Source: Oikopleura dioica (Eukaryota; Animalia; Chordata). Taken from it: a stretch of 64,000 nucleotides of DNA. Location of the stretch: NCBI GenBank assembly GCA_907165135.1, contig OU015569.1, positions 4,216,001-4,280,000 on the forward strand, written 5' to 3'. Each line of letters starts with the position of its first letter. The stretch's first letter is position 1. Of this stretch, positions 1-13,473 are shown piece after piece. The translations under genes were made by a program, and so were the position numbers. The notes below the pieces were generated by a model. It did not search any database, was not told the origin of the DNA, and was given only the letters and a program-made list of their open reading frames with translations.

Positions 1-478
1 GCAGAAGACAGTCTTATTATTATCTAAATTAATACATAAAAGTTTTTTTTAAATAGCACCAAAAATATACAAAAATTAACTTACGTACAAAACGCTTCTT
101 GTCATATGATTCATGTGTCAAAAGCAATGCAGAAAAGTTGAGTTGGTTCTGTCAGCATAGCACAGTAAAGTTTATGAAGCAATGAAAGGAAACTGTGGCC
201 TAGAGCAAAAAGATAAGATTTATGGCAAAAAGTGCACTTTTGTGGCGATCAGTAGCGATGAGCCTAGTCGGAGTAAGTGCGATTTGCGTAGACAATCGTA
301 AACAGCTCAGCGCGATTTAAGTATTTGGGGAAGTTGTAGTACCAAGACAACCAGTGGGGATCGGAGTAGAACTCGAATTAACTCAGCTCACACTCATAGG
401 CATGCGCTTTTCAACACTTTCTTTAGCAAGAATCTACGGCAAGGAAAGAACAACGCTCTTGAAGCTGTTGACGAAGAC

Positions 479-1949
479 ATGGCTTCCCAATTCGAGACAG
501 GTGAGAGTTTAGACAACCTGACTGTAATGTAACTAAATCATAGACAGCATGTACGACGACGATGACTTCGACAATATTCCGGGCAGAGTGATCGAGCACA
601 AATGGAGACCGTGTAGATTCAAAAATGCTACTTTCTGTATGGTCTGCGGAAAGCTTACTTCATCTCTTGGAGAGTGTCCAGAAGAAATACCAGCAGACAG
701 GAATGGATTTGAATTTGAAAAAATATAATTCCCGCGAGAATAATTCTTATCCTACTTGAGCTTCATTTTAAAAAAAGGACCTGGAGTGAGCAGAACTGGA
801 CTAAGATGCCAAGTCTGCCTAATGAATATACACAGCGACTGTCTCGAACGATCTAAAGAAAGTTCAATCGGTAAATAAACATTGCTCTTGAAATTCTTTT
901 TCTATCAATTATTTAGCACACACATGTACCGGAAGACCAGATCCTCGCTCAGGACAATCACATTTTATTCGAGAAGGGGTAAATTTTATAATGTCGAACT
1001 TACCGTAAATCTTTTCTTGCAGATTGGAAACTTTAACTTTTCTCGACATCTTTCAATATGCGAACCGAAATCAGCCCACAGGGACTCAATAGTATCTCAA
1101 ATGGACAATATGGGTAAGTAATGATAAACGAACTAATTTCTGTAAACAAATCTAAGCGCTGGAAAACATAGACGACTCCTACAAAGTTCTGAAACAAGGG
1201 AAAGCACTTAGACTTGTTAATACTGGAGAAGATATCCGCGCTGGAAAGAGTGCCAAGAATTCTATTGCCGATCCAGTGTTTTGGAAAAGCCTTTTTTCGA
1301 GCAAGAGAGGCTCCATCGCTCCAGACCCACTTGACGCCATCAGAAGACCTAAGAAGGGTCTTTTTGGCGGCTTGATGGGGGTGAGATCAACCAAATTTGA
1401 TTTTTGTAAATATTTCCTAGTCACGAAACTACAAAGTTCCAAAAAATCACGACAAAGAGCCTTACTGTGCTCTCTACGACTTCAAGGTAATAAACGACCA
1501 TAAGAACGTTTGACAAGAAGAGTTTTAGCCCCGCGACAAAATGGATATTTCTCTTCGACCTGGGGATAAAATTTATGTCTGTGATTCGAAGGACGACAAC
1601 TGGTGGTTCGTAAGTTCAAAATTATATTTATCTTCCAACACTGATGACTTTCTCTAGGGTAAAAAAGAGCCTTCTGGTGCAGTTGGATTCTTTCCAGCTA
1701 AGTTTGTCATGAAAGTAGAAGAAACCGAAAAGCCCTTTATCGTAACTAAACATTGCTACGGAAACTCGAAGCGAAAGGAGCTAAAGGCAAAGGAGAATAC
1801 AGTAAGCAAGCGGAATCTTTCTGGAACTAACGGTATTTCAGATTGTCGTTGTGAATTTCGCCTCACCTATCAACCGCGAAGACTCGCTTTTCGTACGGTC
1901 ACTTGATGGCGAAGGTTTCGTCCCCAAAAATTCTATCCGTTCTCTCTGA
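479..1949 (+). CDS. STAC: STAC-like adaptor (C1 zinc finger + tandem SH3), multi-exon
   Basis: Spliced exons give a C1-like HKWRPCRFKNATFCMVCGKL, SH3 ALYDFK..DISLRPGDKIYVCDSKDDNWWF..GFFPAKFV and a second SH3-like end ..DGEGFVPKNSIRSL*; GT-AG introns. Confidence 0.8.
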
Positions 1950-2549
1950 CGCTTCCACCTTCATTTCATACCCGTACATTTTGTCTTCTTTCTGCCTGTA
2001 TACTACACAGTATGATAAAACTGTGAATAGTTCAAATAAACTAATTCTATTGCAATTGTTTTTTCGTCATAAATAATTTGAGCCCTTTGAAGGTAAGGTG
2101 TTTTACTGTCACCAGCATTCTCTGCAAAATTACGACTGAAGCCAACGAAAAAGAACTAATAGATCGACTTTATGATAATCTTCAGATTATCATTTGATTA
2201 TCCCTTCTTTTTTTCGAACTGACATAGATAGCTCGACTTCGAAAGCCATTTGAGTTGAAAATAACATGAATATCGATCGATTTTTCGCAACTACTGCTGA
2301 GTAGGGATAAAAATGAACTTTTGGTTGCAAAAACTACCGTCGATTACACCCCGACTACTCCGAGAAGCTGATAATCCCTGCCTTTCTGGCGGAAGGGCGC
2401 CTCCTTTACGCGCCAGCATGATGGCGGTGTGCGGAAAGTTTTCCTCTCGGGAAGCTTATCAGTTAGAAAAATTTCTCTTTCGACAAAAAAAAACCTCGAT
2501 TTTAACTTAACTCGATTAAAACTTTTATCACAAGAGAGTCTCGTGAATC

Positions 2550-3245
2550 ATGGTTATGGTATATTACGGCAAATATTGGCATTCCGCATCAGGAACTCAG
2601 TTTCAAACGAAGTTCGCCAGGTGTCCAAGAGCAGATATCATCGAGTTTTCTTGTGGATGTTCTATCAAAGTCGACAAACCTACCAAACTATGGACAAATC
2701 CTAGAGAGACCTTCTGCAATTTCTTCGGTGGTATATTTTCGAAATCTCTTAGTGCTATTGGAATATCGCCGGGAGATTCCCTTTGGAGCAATACAAACTT
2801 TCCGAAGACTCCTCACATCTGCTGCCCTAAAGATCCAAACCTGACGGTGGAATTGACTGAGATGGTTGCTGCTTCAAATGAAAAATATCTCCGTATGGCC
2901 ATCACTTCTAGTTGGCTCGAGAAAAGAAAACATAGCAAGAACACGGGAACCAATCCTACAATCAGGACAATTAAATACAAACCACGAACCGAGAAGGATT
3001 ACACCTACATCGCAACCAAGTTCTTCCTCCCATTTTTCGAAAATACTTCAAGATGTCCTACTCCAAGAGACTCCAGAGAGAAGAGAATTCTGAAGACGAG
3101 AAACTCAAAACAGCACCATGAACCCGACGAGAAGAAGGAAATGCCGGCTTTGACTGATGCGGAATTGATAGCACTTTTCTCCCAAACATCTCTGAAAGAA
3201 AAGAAGACGAAAGCTCCCTTGGCCGTTCGAAAATCACGAAAGTAG
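2550..3245 (+). CDS. Intronless 231-aa ORF, no recognisable domain
   Basis: True ATG with an in-frame stop just upstream; Cys-containing N-half, basic C-half; no family recognised. Confidence 0.35.
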   Translation: MVMVYYGKYWHSASGTQFQTKFARCPRADIIEFSCGCSIKVDKPTKLWTNPRETFCNFFGGIFSKSLSAIGISPGDSLWSNTNFPKTPHICCPKDPNLTVELTEMVAASNEKYLRMAITSSWLEKRKHSKNTGTNPTIRTIKYKPRTEKDYTYIATKFFLPFFENTSRCPTPRDSREKRILKTRNSKQHHEPDEKKEMPALTDAELIALFSQTSLKEKKTKAPLAVRKSRK

Positions 3246-3725
3246 CTCGAAGGTAAGTTGATTTTTCACAGAGTCGAACTCAATCGTGAATTTCTAGCTT
3301 CCACTCTATGAATAGAAAATAAAGCATCCTGCCTCTCACTTCATGTAAATACGAAAGCATTCATCAGTCTCAGAAGGCCATACGATTAGAAAATTCAGAA
3401 AAGTGAGAAAAATTCCCTCGCCCTTTCCTCAATTCTAATTTTTCATCAGAAATTGGACGAATTCATCATTATCTCTTGCCGCATCATCGCTCCTACATGC
3501 TCTGCTTTTTGTACAAAATAAAGATCAACCTCATCAAATGCTCCAACAAGGCTTCATCAAGAGGTACAACCCTGCTCTCACGACCAATGAGTTCGACTTC
3601 AAATTTTTACTGCCAAAAGACTCCTACTATTTTCGAATAACTCAACCCTTATGAATACGTCAAATAAATTTATTCTATTCAACCACATCGTCGAAAAAAA
3701 ATTCTCGTTTCTTTCATTTTCGGAA

Positions 3726-4332
3726 ATGGCGCTATCTGGGGTGAATGTGCGCAGTAGCGCGCTCATCTCGAGTGCTGATTGGCGAATCAAAGAAAGTCCC
3801 CCTTTTTGCTGTGAGTATCGCGTCAATGCTGGCAGAGTAGAATGGACGAACAGAAAATTCCCAAACAACGAAAAAGGGTTCCTGGATTAGTCCCCATCCG
3901 AGACAAGAGGAAACGAAAAATTCCCGAATTGAAGGAAAGGTCTAGAACCTCTTGCGTACTCAGCGTTTTTTAAACTAATCTTGACCGTAAAAGCCACTGA
4001 ATCCAAGCTCACATGCGAAAATTCAACGAGATAGCCTTATTCCGTTAAAAATCGACTTTTCACTGATTCGCGAGAGGCAAAATGCTGCTCCAAAACTCGA
4101 ATCGCTCAACAAAATTCAAGTCAATAAGCCGGAGAAAGTGAACTCGGTAAATTACACTAGCGAAAACTGGGCATAATCATTTATTTTCCAGCAGCCTTCG
4201 TCGCCATGCGAAGAAGAAAACGACTCTTCGTTGCTGCGCGCGTGGAAGTCTTGCCGCGTCTTGAGTTCTCGCGAAATCGAGTCTCTGACCAAAGAACTCG
4301 GGATCGACCCGAGCACGCTGATGCTCAGCTAG
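3726..4332 (+). CDS. Small uncharacterised basic protein (about 4 exons)
   Basis: In-frame joins MALSGVNV..SPPF / MDEQKIPKQRKRVPG..IPELK / PLNPSSHAK..EKVNS / QPSSPCEEEND..TLMLS*. Confidence 0.4.
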
Positions 4333-4584
4333 CTGGACAAGAAAAAACACAGTTCTTTTGCTTATTGATTTCGCTATTGTTCAGTTCCGCCGAGTTTAGA
4401 TCATTCTCTTGCGATCGCCTTTCAATTATTTCCCTTTTCACCCTCTTGATCTTCAACAATGAAATTCTTCTTATCTGCTTGAGACATTCGCTCCAATTCA
4501 ATTGAAAAAAAAGAATAAGAAAAGATATTCCTCTTTGATTCATTGACGTTTCTTTCTCAGAAGGGTCGCTATCTGACTCACAAT

Positions 4585-6164
4585 ATGGCAGAGGAGGTGA
4601 GCATAAATGCTGGGACTGGTCGCACTTACGAAAAATGCGAGGAGCTGCACGGGCTTGCGATCTATTTTGAAAGGACGGGAAAGTACGGCGACGCGTTGGA
4701 TGTTTGCAAGCAGATCTTACTAGAGCCCGTAAGAGATCCGTGCATGTTCCCTTCACTCCCCTTCGTAGGCAGCATACGAGCAGCCAGAGAAAGAGTTGAT
4801 CGTTTATATCTTTCAAATGTGCGACTATCTCTGCGAAAAAATCGACGACGAGCCTCAGCGTCGCTTTTTCAAAAAATGTGAAAACGAGTACTTCAAACAG
4901 ATTCTCATTAATCGCTCTGGTAGGCTCTCTCTTTCTTTCACCCATAAAATGACATTCTATCACAGAATTTATCAAAGCGAAGTCCACGAAGATGGAGGAG
5001 AAAGAGGAAGATTGTAAATTGCTGGCGCAAATCTGTGAACACGAAAAGTAAGTGGCATTAGAGGGAGATATTGAATCTAGATGTGTTGAGTTTCGAAACA
5101 GAATAGAACTGTCAAAGGTGAAGTTGACCCCATATATCAAATTTTGTGGCCGCCAACCTGCGAGAGAGAGATTGACAGAGTTAAGCAGCTCGTTATCAAC
5201 CCCAAATTAAGAACTTTAAAAGGTTTTCCAACTTTCTTTTTAGTCCCGCATTGGCGATCACATATCTTTTGAAACACAGAAAGGGGAAAACCGAGAAGGA
5301 GACTGAAGAATTCAACGGTAAGGATTGAGATAATGTGAGAAAGGTCGAATGTATTAGATTTTTTTCTAGAATAACGCTTGTCCAAGCATATTTATTTGTG
5401 CGTAATAAGTATATTTTTACTGCAGGAATATCGAATAAGCGTAAGTAAAAGCCACTTTGAGATGATATTGTTTTGGCATTGAGGGGGAGTTTCTGTCCCA
5501 GAGTTGTGTAGACATATTTGTTTAAAGTCAACAGCAAGGAGCATTCCTTATTTCATCATTTAGAGCAATTCCGAAGGTTAATGGCGCGATCTGGCGCTAA
5601 TAGATACGAAGAAAACTTCCGGCAGCATTCTGTCTTTGCTGGAAATCAGGTTGGCGCGGATGAAGGCGTGAAGAGACGAGCCCCGAAGATTCTTAAGAAA
5701 CGAGGAAAAGAACGCGCAAGAAGTATCAACAATGTTACTTTTGAAATCCCACAAGTTTCCTATTCACAAGAGAAATCCCGTCGCCGCAAGATCAAGGTAA
5801 AGAAAGCAAAGTAACGCATTCTGTGACGACTTTTGAAGGCAGCTCTGATTGTGGTTTGGTCACTTTTTGTCTGGTTCGCCGTGAATACGTATCCCTTGCC
5901 AAAGAACATTTCGCACATGCTGCAAGAAATAAAGGCCAGCCTCATCGCCGTTGGTATGCTCGTCATTATCAACTGGCGCAACGAGTGGTGGCCAAATTTA
6001 GGGTCAGAAGAAGTGTTTGTAACAAAAATGAAAACCCTTTAGACCTCACAGATGGCCTCTTTTCTGTCTTTCTCCACCATATTCTTCCAAACTATTTTTT
6101 ATTTAATGCCTTTCCTGTAAGCCACAAAAGTATTTTTTTACTGATTCCAAAGTATTCTTTTTAA
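4585..6164 (+). CDS. Uncharacterised multi-exon gene (TPR-like helix at N-terminus, hydrophobic helices near C-terminus); may be two genes
   Basis: GT-AG joins give MAEEVS..LAIYFERTGKYGDALDVCKQILLEP/AAYEQ..INRS/EFIK..HEK/CVEF..; a later exon KIK/AALIVVWSLFVWFAVN..LIAVGMLVIINW; middle and 3' end unresolved. Confidence 0.4.
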
Positions 6165-6447
6165 TCTAAACCCTTCGCTTCTCAGAGCTCAATTACCGAG
6201 TCAATAAATCGTTTAATCTTCGAAGTAGCTATTAATTTCGATGTTTTCTTGGGCTCTGATCAATCGATTCGAAAGCAAGAGATTTTTCAGTCATTCCATT
6301 TATTCTCCATCCATGTCGTTGAAACCTTCTCGCATTTTAAGAGCTGTCTGACTAAATCTACTTCAATAAACAACTACTCAGTCGAACACTTTAGAATGCA
6401 TTAATAGAAAATTCGAAAAGACATCAGGGAGACAACAAATAAACACA

Positions 6448-8584
6448 ATGAAATTTCTCTTGTGGTTCGTCTCTGCCGCGTGCGCCGAGATCTGCAAGAA
6501 AGTTGACCTCGATGTTGTCGACTTTTGCAGTGAAATTTTTATCAAGTCTGGGCAGTCTGCAACCACCGCCTCGTGGAGGGATCAGAAGCTGATTTCCAAG
6601 CAGCTAGAGCAGTACGCGTCGCTCGACGGCATGGATTGCGACAATATGGACAAACAAGAAGTAAAGATGTTTCTTTGCTTCTATTACTTGCCGTATTGCC
6701 ACGAGAGCGGTGCGCTGGAGAGCGTGCCTCCGTGTAGACAGTGGTGCAGAAATTTCAAGGACTCATGCTGGCGACGTTTTACTCAATATGTTCCTAAGTG
6801 GCCAAGGTAAAATTCAATTAGCTTCATCTACCTTACTAATTAATTAAGTGAGCTCGAGTGCGATAAGCTTCCAGAAGACAGTCAGAACTCCAAAGGCTTC
6901 CAATGTATCAAAAACCCAGTTCAAAAGGACCCAAGCGACAGCTACCGCGAGTTGTCTTCGCTTTCTACTGCAGCTTACGAAAACGACCACTGCGTTGAGG
7001 AGTTGAAATGTCCTCCAGAATTTCAAGTTCGTTCTACGGACGGCCCGTCAAAATATAACTTCCTTGGTCTTGGCAACTGCAGCGCACCATGTCAAGATCA
7101 CTTTTGGAGTAAGAAAGATATCGAGCTGGCGAAGAAGTGGATTTTGGCCTGGTCAGTGTTGTGTCTTATATCCACCCTGTTCACTGTCCTCACTTATGTT
7201 ATCGACAAAGAACGATTTAAGTATCCCGAAAGGCCAATCGTCTTCCTAGCAGGTAAAACAATTCCCTCGCCATAATCATTATTTTAATAATTAAGCCTGC
7301 TATCTGATCGTTTCCATCGTTTATATAACCGGATACTTCAATGACAACGATGTTGCGTGCACCAGTAACAATCCTTACGAAAATCCAAACGACCGCCTTT
7401 TCAGTAAACATCCTACACTTATCGTCGTGCAGGTAATGCGCTCTACAAAACTCGTTTATTTTATCGTCAACTTAGGGCACGAAAAATCAATCGTGCACAA
7501 TTTTATTCATGATATTATACTTTTCCACAATGGCTTCGTGTATCTGGTGGTTGGTTCTATGCGTCAATTGGTTCCTTGCAGCCGTGCTCAAGTGGTCTGG
7601 GGAAGCGATAGAAGCACAAGCTCAGTACTTTCATCTTGTTGCCTGGGCTGTTCCCGCAATCGCAACCATGTCTGTTTTAGGTACAAGAGACTTGATTTTT
7701 TAAAGATTAACATCTTTCAGCGCTTGGTCGGATTGAAGGAGACCCTCTCTCGGGAATCTGCTATACGGGTCAATATGATACAACAAGTCTTCAAATCTTC
7801 ATCCTATGGCCGCAACTGAGTACGTTGTTTATTATTTGAAGGGTTGAATGATATTCTTAAAGTTTTCCTCTGCATCGGATTCATCTTCTTGATCATCGGA
7901 TTTCTGTCCATGTATCGAATACGAGCAGTTGTAAAGAATGAACACCCTGGAAAACACGAAGGCCTCGAGAAGTTAATGCTCAAGATAGGCATCTTTTCGT
8001 CGATTTATCTGGTAACGCAACGAGTATAAACGCGACTTATAGAAAAAAATTAAGATTCCTGGTTCAATCCTTCTCGGATGCTACTTCTACGAATACATGT
8101 ACAATGACATTTGGAATAAATCCTGGCTGAACAAATACTGCAATTATGAAAACGACTCTCCCTATGGATTCACCTGCTCTTGTGACATTAAAAAGGTAAG
8201 TTGAAGATAGTAATAGTCGATTTTTATTTTCGTTCAGGAAGTTGAAGCTGTTGGGCATCGAGAACCTAACTTTACATTTTTCATGCTACGTTATTTCATG
8301 ATGCTTATTGTTGGATTGAGTTGTGGCTTTTGGATCTGGGGCGAGAAGACTATTGCTGTAAGTTATTCACGCTTAATCTTTATCCCGGCAAACATGATTT
8401 TCAGTCTTGGAAGCAATTCCTTTCCTGCACAAGTTCAACGGCCGCACACGCAGATCCAATGGCGGTCCCCCTTCGTGCCAGCATGCGCACAGAGAACTCC
8501 TACAATCCGCACAGCAATCAGATGAACGCACCGAACCGCGCCCCATCGCAACGCTACTATCCTCCTCATCAGCAAGGATATTAG
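6448..8584 (+). CDS. FZD: Frizzled-family 7TM Wnt receptor
   Basis: Signal peptide, 10-Cys CRD ([17 protein letters not shown]), [59 protein letters not shown], and KTIA/SW (KTxxxW) across an intron. Confidence 0.95.
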
Positions 8585-9214
8585 GCAACAGATCAAGAAA
8601 GCTTTGTATAATAGCAACCACTTTCATACTCGATTGTAATGTTCTTCTTTGTATTTTCTTTCAAATTCCATGTACACAATATCGTTTCATTTTTTATTTC
8701 TAAAATTGTGCTTCCACCAGGCCTATCCAACTTATATCGCTAACAATTGCCCTCTTTGTCAAGCTATGATCCTGTCGAATATTTCTGTATCTAAGACTCA
8801 ACTATTGTGATATACTTCTTTCTTCCGACAGTCTTTCGCCACCATTGCGCCACAGCAGTGCTCTGGAGTCAGCTATATTAATCGCACGCTCGGTGAACAC
8901 GATCGTATCCTCGCAGAAATATCTCTGAGAAATCGCCCAATCAACTTATACCTTCGCTTGTCTTCCAATTTACTTGCTCTTGACTGCCATATTTTTAGTT
9001 AATCCTGCTTTACTTGAATTAAATTCTCCATTTTGGGACCAGAATTGAATGAGAGACAGACACTGAATTTTTACGGGACAAAATAGTATTTTGAGATACC
9101 TTTTTACGCTCTATTGGCGGCTCTCGTTTATATATTAGCCTTGCTAGAGCTAAGTTCGTCCCTTTTACAATTTTTGTTCAGAACAGAAACCGGCAATTCG
9201 ATAAAAGGGAGAGA

Positions 9215-12064
9215 ATGGAAATCGTTTCCTCCGATGACCAGGAGTTCCAGATTCAAGAGGCTTGCTCAACTAGTCACTTGACTTTTAAGGTAAATCTATT
9301 CGTTTTCGGTCGTCAAAGACGTTCTCCATAGGCTCCCTCTGCAAGAAACCCTCTTATCCGCCAGCGATCTGGTACTTTCGCGGGATTTACTGAGATCGAA
9401 GGGAATCGAACTGCCGGTACACCTGCAAAACAAGAGATAAAAGAAGAGGAATTACAGGAGAAGGAGAAAATCAAGAAGCTTTTGAATGAGCGACGAAAAT
9501 TCTCCAGGCAAAATAAATGGGGCAACTGCTCGTACAAGGACTTGATCGTTGCTGCGATCGAAAGCAGGTAACGTTATTTTTTCTATCGATTTTGACGTAA
9601 TTTCCCATGATATTGTCGCCAAGAATTAGCGGCGTTAACTCTCACGCATTTCATGTCTGAAAGCGATAGATTGGTTTATTCAACAATCTTCAGTCCTTCG
9701 AAGAAAATGACGCTCAACGAAATCTACGAGTGGATTGTAAAGAACATCCAATATTTCAAAAACGATTCGGACACGAATTCGTCTGTCGCTTGGAAAAATT
9801 CTGTTCGCCACAATCTTTCACTTCATCCGATCTTCCAAAAGGAACCACCACAGACAGTATGTACTTAGAATATTAGTATTTGTGAGTTAACTTGTTCAAG
9901 GGCGGTTCACGTTCGATTGGGTCGTATTGGAAAATTGACCGTTCAAAAGATAGAGCGAAAGGACGCGGGCGAGCGAAGACTCTACCAATGCAAGATTTGC
10001 AGTCAGCTAGAGTGCGTCGGACGGACAAACCGCCAACAGGGCGTAAGAGCAAATCTAAGGTTACAAAAACCGGTCAACAGCGCCGCGACTCAACACCTTA
10101 CAATGATTCTTCAATTAAAAAGAGCTCTCACACAGCAATGGTAAATTTCTTATCTTTATTTGCATTCACAGGCGTCTAGGTCGACGACAATCCAATGAAT
10201 GAATTAAATAGTGAGTTCTTCAAGATGGGACACCCATCTACAGTGGCCACATCCTCAGTGCGGCCTCCCATAGCTGTCCCAGATGACGGCGATGAGCAAG
10301 TAACAATTCAGGTGCGGGTACCGTACGAGGCGTTTCGTCTTTATCGGGAGGGAAATTACAATATTTGTATTTTGCCCAAAAATCACCGAGAACTTCGACA
10401 ATACTCCAAAGCTGTTTGTAAGTCATCAAAATTAATATTCACTTATCTCCTCCTCCCATTTATCAAAAGTTATCAATTGCATGTGCGTTTGAGTTATTCC
10501 TCATTTATCTTCAAATCGTCGTCGCAGTTAAGCATGATCCTGAAAAGAAGTCTGATCTAAAACATTTTTTGTAGCAATGGGATACTCACCGGTTTAAAAG
10601 ACCGGTTTGGGTTGAGAATTGTTTCGCGGTGGATGAGTCATTTCCGTCAAGTTGAAATACCCTAACAAGCAGAGTAAAAAGTCAGCAACAAGAAAGTCAA
10701 ACCAAAGCAATGAAAACCCAGGTAAAATGCAGGAGGCGAAACCCAAGGCAGAACTAAATGATGAGAACGCAACTTTCCCTGGCATTGATGCAGGACAGAT
10801 AAAAGATTATCTTTCCCGAGAGGACGAAAACCAGCCGCTCGTGATAAATTGTCTCCCGCAGAATCCTCCTGCTAGTACTTTCGTGAAGCAGGAGACGTTT
10901 TGCAAGAAAGCATCGAAAGCCGACGAGTCAAGCAAGAAAGAGACCACTAAAAAAGCATCTAAATCCAAGAAATCGAAGAAATGCAAGAAACAGCCAAGTA
11001 GAAAAGAATTTGTCAAGGAAGAAGACCCTGATTTCGCACCTCCATACCTTCCCCCAAATTATATTGAGTTCTTTAATAACTACATGTATTCAAAAGCTCT
11101 GGAAGACTCTGAATTCTGGGAAGTTAAGAAGAAACGACCGCAGACTCAGCCGACAGTATTCAAATATCCCAATACAGCACCAGCATCCAATATTCAGCGC
11201 CCCACCTACCAAAGCTCCATTCCTAGTACCTCATCTTCGTGGTAAGAACTTCAAGTTTATTTTCAGAGTCCTAGGTCAGACTCACTCAAACCCTGGAGTT
11301 CTTTTGATTACCCTTGCTATTAAGCTATTCTGCTGCTCAAAATCGAAGACCAGTTCAACAGCCATCGACTTCGCAAGATGGAGTTCACATCTTCCGATGC
11401 CCACCGTTGCCTATGCGTTTGCATTCGCAGACTTCCGTTTCTCATCAATTGCATCATCAGCCGCCCCGGCAGCATTCTGTTGCAATGCGTCCTTCCCAGC
11501 AAGCTTCCACTTCGCTCCAGATCCATTACGAAGATCCGTCCGAGCAACAACAGACTACCCAGATTGAAGAAATGGAAACTTATGAGCTGCAGCCAATAGA
11601 AAACCATGCCAATATTTCTTCAAACGATCAAGAGACGCATCTTTTAACGATGATGGAGGTGAAGACTGACGAACACCAAAATAGCAATCAACAAAGTTAC
11701 ATGTCACAACAAACGGTCTCGTCCCCAATGGCACAGCACCAGCAATCTGTCAACACGATCACTTTCCCCGAGCAGCCGTTCCAATGCCAGCTTCAAGCTA
11801 GTCAGCAAATTCATCTACCTGAACTGCAACGACGGGAACATCAGCAACATCTCAATTTCTCTCAGCCGCTCTTGCAGCAGCAGAATCACCATCACCAACT
11901 CATGCAACTGGCACCAATCCAAAGCCACCAACAGCAAATCAATCCACAAACAAACCAAACGGTCAACAAAGGTGGATTGATAGAGTGCGCTCTTCGATAA
12001 ATCCGTATTCATAGATGACCCCGGTTATTGGCCAGAAAATATCACTTGGGATGAGCTTGTATAA
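9215..12064 (+). CDS. FOXO: FoxO-like forkhead transcription factor with long K-rich and Q-rich C-terminus
   Basis: WGNCSYKDLIVAAIES/SPSKKMTLNEIYEWIVKNIQYFKNDSDTNSSVAWKNSVRHNLSLH matches the FoxO subfamily signature; Akt motifs RQRSGT and RGRAKT; the 3' exon chain to 12064 is less certain. Confidence 0.8.
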
Positions 12065-13098
12065 AAAAACTCCGTCGCAAAGAACCCTGTCTACGATAAA
12101 AAATTGCTGCAAGAAATTTCACGTCCACCAGCTCGTCCACACTTTGCTTCAACTTTTGCGCTGCTTCTCGTTATTTTTGCCTGATCGAATGTTTCGCAGC
12201 TTCCCGCCGCTGTGAGAATAGTCGAGCGAATCAACCCAGCGAAATCATTGATCAAGCGACATCGTCTCAACGCGTTTTCCTTGGAGATGAACCTGACCTC
12301 TAATCAGTATCATCCTGGCTAATTCAGAAAATTCGTCCTACTGTTCAAATCGTTATTTATCAAGCACAATCGTTTTATTACTTAGGATCAAAATTAGGAA
12401 TCAGTTCACCTCTACCCACGATAATGATATTATATCATTACTTTCGAAAACGTTCAACATATTGTTCGAAAAGTTCCTTTTGTTTCCTTTATTTATTTTA
12501 ATCTTTCTTGTTCGGAAGTCTTAGCCTGGTGCGAAAATATTAGATATTTTAAGCTATCCGAACGTTTTATATTTAATTCATGAAATTTCGAAAATCTGGA
12601 ACAGGCTGTTCAACACCTGATAATATTTAATTAAATCCACTGATTGCTTTTCTTAGTGACTCTTTCTTGCGCTTTTCTTGGAAAAGAATCTTCACGAAAC
12701 TGGCAATTTGTTGCCGCTGGTTATTACCCGTTTTTTACATATTTTTCTTTACTTTGAATATTTTCTTAACCGTTGTTGCTCCGCTTCAACTTTTCTTTTT
12801 ATTCTGAAAATATAATATGACGCATAAAATTTCGCAACTTTCGTTTCTTTGTTTGTCTTATCGTTGCTGCTCTTATACGATTTACTTTCTTCACGATGTC
12901 AGATGTTTTTCAAAACCTCTATTTTTTTGGTTCACTCTTCTACGAAGTACTATACTCCAGTTATTTCTGAAATTATGGCCCAATTCAGAAGACAATTCAG
13001 AACACAATACCGTCATCGACAATTTTAAATGCGCATGGATTATCATTATGTGTAATTAAAAATGTGCCGAAATGATGGAATTTTCTTATTCTATTTAA

Positions 13099-13473
13099 GG
13101 GGGGGGTCGACGAGAATTTTTTCAGGGGTGATCGTAATTTCTCTTGTACACATAGTCTGGCTATGAAACTTATATTTTTGGAATTGTCAGATCCTCCCGA
13201 ATCCGTTAAGCCTATAAACATTTGATAAAAATGAGATTTAGGGGGTGAAATTATGAAAAATGTAAAAAGAATGGCCATTTTTGGTGCATTTTCGCGAAAA
13301 TGCCCCTACTTTGAGGGGATTTTTGACCGATTTTTTCTGGCGAAAATTTTTTCTAGTTTTCGCCGCCTGATTTTTTCAACCCTTTTCTATCCACCAGTAT
13401 ACTCAGATTTTCCCTATCTTATCCGGTTTTCCCGCATTTTTGGTCACGGAAATCCCGATTCTCGTCGACCCCC
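13099..13473. mobile_element. 375-bp MITE with TTAA target duplication (Kolobok/T2-like)
   Basis: TIR GGGGG(GGG)TCGACGAGAAT ... ATTCTCGTCGACCCCC; TTAA at 13095-13098 and 13474-13477; non-coding. Confidence 0.85.

Noticed and set aside
4325-5140. 271-aa minus ORF
   Set aside because: Antisense to a plus-strand exon chain with canonical splice sites; no motif
8720-8990. Possible small minus-strand gene after Frizzled
   Set aside because: No consistent start and exon chain; in-frame stop in the best frame
12070-13000. Coding-like minus-strand fragments (K/R-rich)
   Set aside because: Probably a gene, but I could not assemble a supportable model
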